Below are positions 57,968-64,000 of a stretch of 64,000 nucleotides of DNA, piece after piece. This DNA comes from Paraspadella gotoi (Eukaryota > Animalia > Chaetognatha), in contig CM119271.1 in assembly GCA_051294375.1 (NCBI GenBank), positions 4,607,353 to 4,671,352 on the forward strand. The letters are read 5' to 3'. A model generated the notes under the pieces. The model was given only the letters and a program-made list of their open reading frames with translations. It made no database searches and was not told the origin of the DNA. A program made the position numbers and the translations under genes. Position 1 is the first letter of the stretch. Every line of letters begins with the position of its first letter.

Positions 57968-60407
57968 ATGCCATCTTCCATTCCGTTGGCTTCGTCACCG
58001 TCGGCCTCGCGGTCGTCGACGAACAACTCCGACACGGTCTGCTTCAAGTTTTTGACGCTGGGCGACGCCGGAGTCGGGAAGACGTCCTTCATCGTCAAGT
58101 GAGATCAGTGCAAAAAGTGTGGAGTGGGTGATTTAATAAATTAATTTGCATATCGCAGAAAATAACGTTACCGGTTGTCAAAACTTTGTTTTTCCCCCAG
58201 TGAGTCAATCTTTTTTTTAGTTAAGTATTCTTAAAGTATATCTTTCTGTGATGAAATTGGTGCAACCAATATAAAACTGTTCATTCACTAAATAAACAAA
58301 CTATATTTTATACTACATTTAAACGAATGGACGAATCGTTTAACTATTCTATAAAAACCCGCTTGAGTCATTGTCGCATTAAAATCAATAACTGTAGATT
58401 GTGAAACATATATCAAAATAAAAAAGTTTGTTTTTTTCTAAAATAAACCATTAAACCTAAGAATTTCTCCCTCGATCACCCAGATACCTCCACCCGGAAC
58501 TCCCAATCGACTCGGACTACGACGCCACCGNNNNNNNNNNNNNNNCTCCCTATCGACTCGGACTACGACGCCACCGTTGGCTTCGACTTTTACCAAACGA
58601 CGCTCGATCCCGTGACGTCGGCGACGGCGACGAGAGACGACGACGACGCTGAGAACGACGATGTCGTCGTCGCCAAAAGTCGGACGGTCAACTTGCAGGT
58701 TGAATTGATTGATTGATCGGGACAGGCTGGTTCGATTGCTTGCTTGATGATTGATTTTTTTTCATCGGTTTGTCTTCATAGATTTTGCCGATCGATTGAT
58801 CGATTGGTTGTGCGGTTAGTTTGGTCGTCTTGTTTGATAGCTCGTTAGAATTCACTTTTTATTAAGAACTAGCTGTCTGGTTTGTTGGCCCAGTTTTTAC
58901 TTTAAGCCTATTTGATTGTTTGTTTTACGGGTATATTCTCGATTTATTTGTTTATCAGTTTCTTGGTCGATTACATCAATAGCTAATAACTTTACTAACG
59001 TTTATGTTCATTCCTTAATTTGTTTCATATCTGTTCTTCATTCTTTTTTTTTCTTTTTTTTTTTTTTTTTGTCGTTTTCACATCTCTCGGTGACAATCCG
59101 TGCGAGTCAATCTTAAAACTGGAAGGAAAATATTTTTCCCTCACCACCTTCCCTGCTTCTCTTTCCACTCCCACCCCCCCCCTTCCCCTCACCCCATCCA
59201 ACCCCTTTTCCCCCCTACTCCCCCCCCACTACAATCAGCTCTGGGACACGGCCGGCCAAGAACGGTTCCGCTCCCTCACGTCCACCTTCTTCCGCGACGC
59301 CACCGGCTTCATCCTGATGTTCGATCTGACCAAACCGGCCTCCTTCGACGCCCTCCGCTCGTGGGCGGACCACTTGGCGGCGGCGGCGGCGGCGACGGTG
59401 GAGGATCCCGACGACGTCGTCGTCGTCGTCTGCGGGAACAAGAAGGACCTCGTGGAGTGGCAGGAGGAGGAGGAGGGGTACGGCGGGGAGAGGCGGAGAG
59501 GAAGAGACTGAGGGAGATCTTCGACGAGAATAAGGTTTTGTTGCGGGGGGAAAGATGCTGGAGTGGTGCTGGAGTGAGGGATGGTTTGTGGGGGGGAAGA
59601 TGCTGGGGCTGGAGTGAGGGATGGTTTGTTGTGGGCCTTGATGGTGTTTTTGGAAGTGTGTTGAGGATCGAAGCTGATTAGTGATTAGTGATTATTGATT
59701 AGTGATTAGTTATTAGTGATTAGGTTTCATTGTTTCATTCGTTGTTTTTGTTGTTGTTGTGGTTGTTGTTGTTGTCATCGTTGTTGTTGTCTCTAAGGTG
59801 CGAGGCCCTAAGTTGTTGTTGTCTTCGTTTTTGTTGTTGTTGTCATCGTTGTTGTTGTTGTCATCGTTGTTGTTGTTGTCATCTTTGTTGTTGTTTTTGC
59901 ACTTGTATGTATAGAAAAAATGTTATAAAAGTATTTATTTGTACTCTTTCAAATGTTGTACGTAATGAGACAATTCACGGTTATTGTTATTGTTGACGTG
60001 GTTGTTATCATTTACCCATTCCGCTACAACACGATGGCTAAATATTATTGCTATGACTATTAGAATTATGAATACCTGTATGTTTGATATGTCAATATTT
60101 CGTTATCAATATTTAAACATCCCATCTTCCCGTACCATCGACCAACTTTCCTTCCAAACCCCCCACCCCAAAAAAAAAGCTCAACCCGGATGTTGACTAC
60201 TTCGAGACGAGCGCGAAAACCGGCGCCAACGTCGCCGCGGCCATCGAACGCCTCGCCCGAAAGGCGGCGCTGGTAACGGCGGCGACGGCGGCCAAAGGAA
60301 ACAAAAGATCTCGTCATCCCGGAAGAGGGAGTTTCTTGCGGCATCGAGAGGAGGAGGTCGTCGTCGACGTTTGGCGCGGAGGACCGGGGAGGAAGTGCGT
60401 TTGTTGA
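57968..60407 (+). CDS. Divergent Rab27-like small GTPase; exons 57968-58098, 58484-58698 (N gap), 59239-59534, 60180-60407
   Basis: [14 protein letters not shown]; ATVGFDFY; [31 protein letters not shown]; VCGNKKD; YFETSAKTG; C-terminal RKCVC. One apparent frameshift in the G-rich stretch near 59480. Confidence 0.85.
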
Positions 60408-60853
60408 GAGCGATGGAGTCGGTCGGTCGGTCGGTCTCTACGTCCGTACCTATGTTTATCGTTCGGTTGGTTTGTTGTCTTCGCTGGTCGGCTAATCCTT
60501 TCGAATCTTGTGTCCCCCCCCCCCAAGCTGAAGGAGTTGAAATCTCAGTTTAAGAGATACGTACCGGTAGTAGTTATAACTTTTAAGACTATTTAGTTAT
60601 AGTCGTTGTTTTTATTTTTCGGTTTATTCCTCTGTCTTCCTTTTTATTTTGTTTACTTTTTTTTTAACACGATGGGCAATCGCGAAGTTAAGTTTGCTTC
60701 TTTTTTTTTTTTACTTTTCACGTATTAAAAACTACACATTTAAGAGATTGTCAATGTTTTATTAAAACTTCAATTGGTTTTAACTTTTTGTTAGATTTTA
60801 CTCGTTAAACCAACTCTTCACCGTTTAGTTTGATATGTCCGTCTTGATATTTT

Positions 60854-61021
60854 TGGCTCTCTTTTCCCAGAGCGCCTCATTTCTGTTCCATTATCCCAAA
60901 AGTTAATATTAATATTTAACATAATTTAAAAAATAATAACCTAATCCTAACCCTAACTTCAAACTTAATCTAATAAATAAGAAATTAAGATGAAACGGGG
61001 CGTTCTGGGAAAATAAGGCCA
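60854..61021. mobile_element. MITE-like element, family B (best-preserved copy)
   Basis: TGGCTCTCTTTTCCCAGAGCGCCTCATTTC ... GAAACGGGGCGTTCTGGGAAAATAAGGCCA with internal CCTAATCCTAACCCTAA. Confidence 0.7.
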
Positions 61022-61590
61022 TATTTTTTTTATCTAAACTTTCTAAAGTAGTTTTTTGGCTAATGTTTAACTGTGAACCGAGTTTTGCTTGACGTTTCGT
61101 CGCTTATCTTGATGTTTTTTTTTTTATCTTTGGTTTTCATCGTTTCGGTTTAAAAAAAAATGGAGTTGTTTTTTTTCCGAATGCCGTAGTCCGATCTCTA
61201 GTCTTGACGCTTGACGTTATTGTCGCTAATTTTTAATGTTCAACGTTTGATGTTTAACGTTTAATGTTGTGTGCGTGACTTACACGTTAATTAATTAATT
61301 AATTAATTAATTAATTTTTCTGTTCTCGTCTGTGAATTGAGGACGAATCTCTCGATATTCTATTTCTGGATCGAATTCTGTTTTGATGGTTAGATAGAAT
61401 AAAAGTAGTTCCAAAAATATAATAGATTTTTCTTTATTTGCTTGTCTAGTAGTATATCTCATTATGTATTTTTTTAACTGAGGGAAAACTAATATTCGTA
61501 TTATGGTGGAAGAGATGAAGAGATGCCACAGACTTCTCCCTACGGGAGGGGGGGATGTATGGTGGACTAAAATCCACCAGCCGTTCATCA

Positions 61591-61663
61591 GCGGCCATTG
61601 GTGCCGGAGGCAAGTCATTCGCCTTCCAACCCAATGGTCCGGGGTTCTAGCCCGGTGGCCGCC
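61591..61663 (+). mobile_element. tRNA-Gly(TCC)-derived sequence, probably a SINE head or tRNA pseudogene
   Basis: Acceptor stem GCGGCCA/TGGCCGC, anticodon-loop-like GCCTTCCAA, T-arm-like CCGGGGTTCTAGCCCGG; anticodon stem unpaired and B box degenerate. Confidence 0.55.
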
Positions 61664-62587
61664 TAGCAGTTAAGAAGGACGGGGCGCTTAACCCACCTGT
61701 AACATGGTGTTACAGCCTGATCTGAAGCTCAGGGACTGCTTATATTGAACGGTTCTGTCACTAACACATAACAATACTTACTATCTCTTCAGTATTACTA
61801 TTACTATAACTTAAAAAAGCAAGTATATTTAAGAAATAGTTAAGGAGAAAATCGTAAACATTTTCAAATCTTAACAATCTTCCAATATTTTAAACTTCAA
61901 AGACGAACTGAATGAGCAAATTATGCTTTCCTGTCCTTTTCGTCCCATTTAAATCAATGCGTCTCTCTCTCTGTCTGACTCAGTGAATCTAGTACCTCCC
62001 ATCAAAATCTCTCTTTCCAAGAACCAAGAGAAACGCGGAAATATTCAACTTTCTTCCTTTTATTCTCTCTTTGATGTTATTGCTCTTTTGTCTGATAAAA
62101 AAAAGGCATTTCTCTTTTCCTTCTTTTACATTCTTTCCATTTTTCTCCATTTTTGGTTACAACCATTTTCTTTAGAATTTCTATAACTGAACTAACCTTG
62201 AACTCTATTCTTCTTTGACTTTTATAATTAAAAGAACACTTACTGTTAATAAAGGCGCAATTCTCAAATTTATTCAAAAACTGTTCTCATTGCCTGGAAT
62301 CCAAATCGGGCCGCTCATAAAGGCATCGATCCCGTGCAAGTCGCGTGTACATTGAAAAGGTCATTTGCACGCATCCTTCACGTGCCAATGCCGCGCGTCG
62401 CGGTCGCTCGCGAAAGAAAAATAAAACTTGTAAAAAAAAAAAACAAGAATTCTCGCGGTCGACTTAATTTCCAATTCCCTCCCAGAGAAAATACTCTCGG
62501 TTGCGACCTTAAAAAAAAAGAGAGAAAGAAATAAGAAAGAAAAACAAGCAAATGGGAAGAAGTCCATCTCTCTCTCTCTCTTTCTCT

Positions 62588-62658
<71 letters not shown>

Positions 62659-63387
62659 AAATCCGATGGAACGGATCGAATGGATGATGGGCGGGTCTCG
62701 ACTGAATGAAGGGTGCGAGAGAGACTCGCAAGGGTAAGGAATTCCGCGACATCTCATTGCGGGGTAAGTTGCTCCACGATTTCCAACGGAGGGGTAAGAA
62801 CTCCTGCGACTTCCCACCGCGGGGTCAGGACAGTTCCGATGTCCAACAGCTGGGGTAAGTAATGTCCCGCGATTAAATTACACTCCAAACATCAAACTAA
62901 AGCCTGAAAAAAGCCCCAAAATTTCACTGGTGACTAATAACAGCCCCGACGTCTAACTCCAGAATAAGAACAGCATCTACCGACCGAGGTTTACGGATGG
63001 CCCCTACTCCCCGCTGCCCTGCTCGTAAGAAAAGGCCCGGACTCCTCACTGCGAGATCTACTTTCATTACAAAGGTTTTGGCGAGAAGCTTAATGAGTCT
63101 CTGGGTGTAAAACAGACAAAACGGACATCCAGACAAATGGATCGTGTGTCTCGCTCACTCGCTCACTCACTCACTCACTCACTCACGGAATATTCCCTCG
63201 AATATATGTATATATATATATGTTTTCTCGAGCGAAATCAAAATCCTCGTCGCATTAAAATCCGAGCGAGAATTTTTTGTTTCCGCTCGAATGAACTTTT
63301 CCTTCGCACCTACGAATCGCGTCACGATTTTTTCTTTAAAAGTTTGATTCGAAATGACGATTGTCATATGTTGTTATATATCAAGAT

Positions 63388-63627
63388 GAACTGATGAATC
63401 GTCACAATACTGACGAAACAATATTTACTTGTTTTTTCAGATAAACCCGAACTGATGAATCGTCACAATACTGACGAAACAATATTTACTCGTTTTTTCA
63501 GATAAACCCGAACTGATGAATCATCACAATACTGACAAACAATATTTATTCGTTTATCAGATTAACCCGAACTGATGAATCGTCACAATACTGACGAAAC
63601 AATATTTACTCGTTTATCGGATTAACC
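63388..63627 (+). repeat. Tandem array of four 59-61-bp units, each with a hammerhead-like core
   Basis: CTGATGA at 63391, 63452, 63513 and 63572; unit GAA-CTGATGA-ATC-GTCA[caatac]TGAC-GAAAC-AATATTTACTYGTTT..TCRGATWAACCC. Confidence 0.85.
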
Positions 63628-64000
63628 TCACATACGCGACACTCTAATCCCGAAATCGGATCGCAGTGAAAGATGGATCACGTTCGCCGAGGATTCGTGA
63701 ATCGTCGCGAGGCTGCCGAGAGGAGAGGGAGGAGTGAAAGATGGGCGTGGCATTGCTTGTCGGCGACGGAGGTTGAGTTTGAAATGCAAATGCAATATCT
63801 CCACCTCCACGAAAGGAGAAAAAAAAATAACCTTTTCCATGGATATTTATTCTTGATGGCGAAAAAAAAAACTTCTTCGCTTTTTATATTCGCTTTCTTT
63901 TTTTTTTCTTTTTTTTTATTCGTTTTTTATTCGCGAAAATTTCTTTCTGCTGCATTTCTTCCGGTGATCACGGATCTATCTCTTGCTATCTCTCACTCTC

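Noticed and set aside
61591-61663. Functional tRNA-Gly gene
   Set aside because: Anticodon stem and D arm do not pair and the T loop is non-canonical.
63388-63627. CRISPR array or C/D snoRNA cluster
   Set aside because: Whole units repeat with no unique spacers, in a eukaryotic context; the TGATGA and CTGA boxes are too close and lack a terminal stem and guide.

Overview
Eukaryotic (animal, probably invertebrate) intron-containing genomic DNA, rich in microsatellites, from a draft assembly with long-read gap filling (25-N gaps, error-ridden duplicated segments). Supported spliced genes, all on +: a BAR+RhoGAP gene of the ARHGAP17/SH3BP1/ARHGAP44 family (~10.8-18.5 kb, middle exons garbled); an M1 zinc aminopeptidase with signal peptide and GPI-like tail (20.4-28.2 kb); a DEG/ENaC channel (34.3-42.7 kb) whose introns hold a (GTC)-derived satellite and a truncated CsRn1-type Gypsy element; and a Rab27 gene followed by a divergent Rab27-like paralog, with the block present about 1.5 times (probably an assembly duplication). 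Most ORFs in the supplied track are microsatellite artefacts. The most notable non-coding signal is hammerhead ribozyme (HHR) motifs. Several minimal type I HHRs sit in Penelope-like element termini, one lies in sense orientation just 3' of the DEG/ENaC stop, and an unrelated 4 x ~61-bp tandem array has a hammerhead-like core in each unit. Several MITE/foldback families and a tRNA-Gly-derived SINE-like head are also present.
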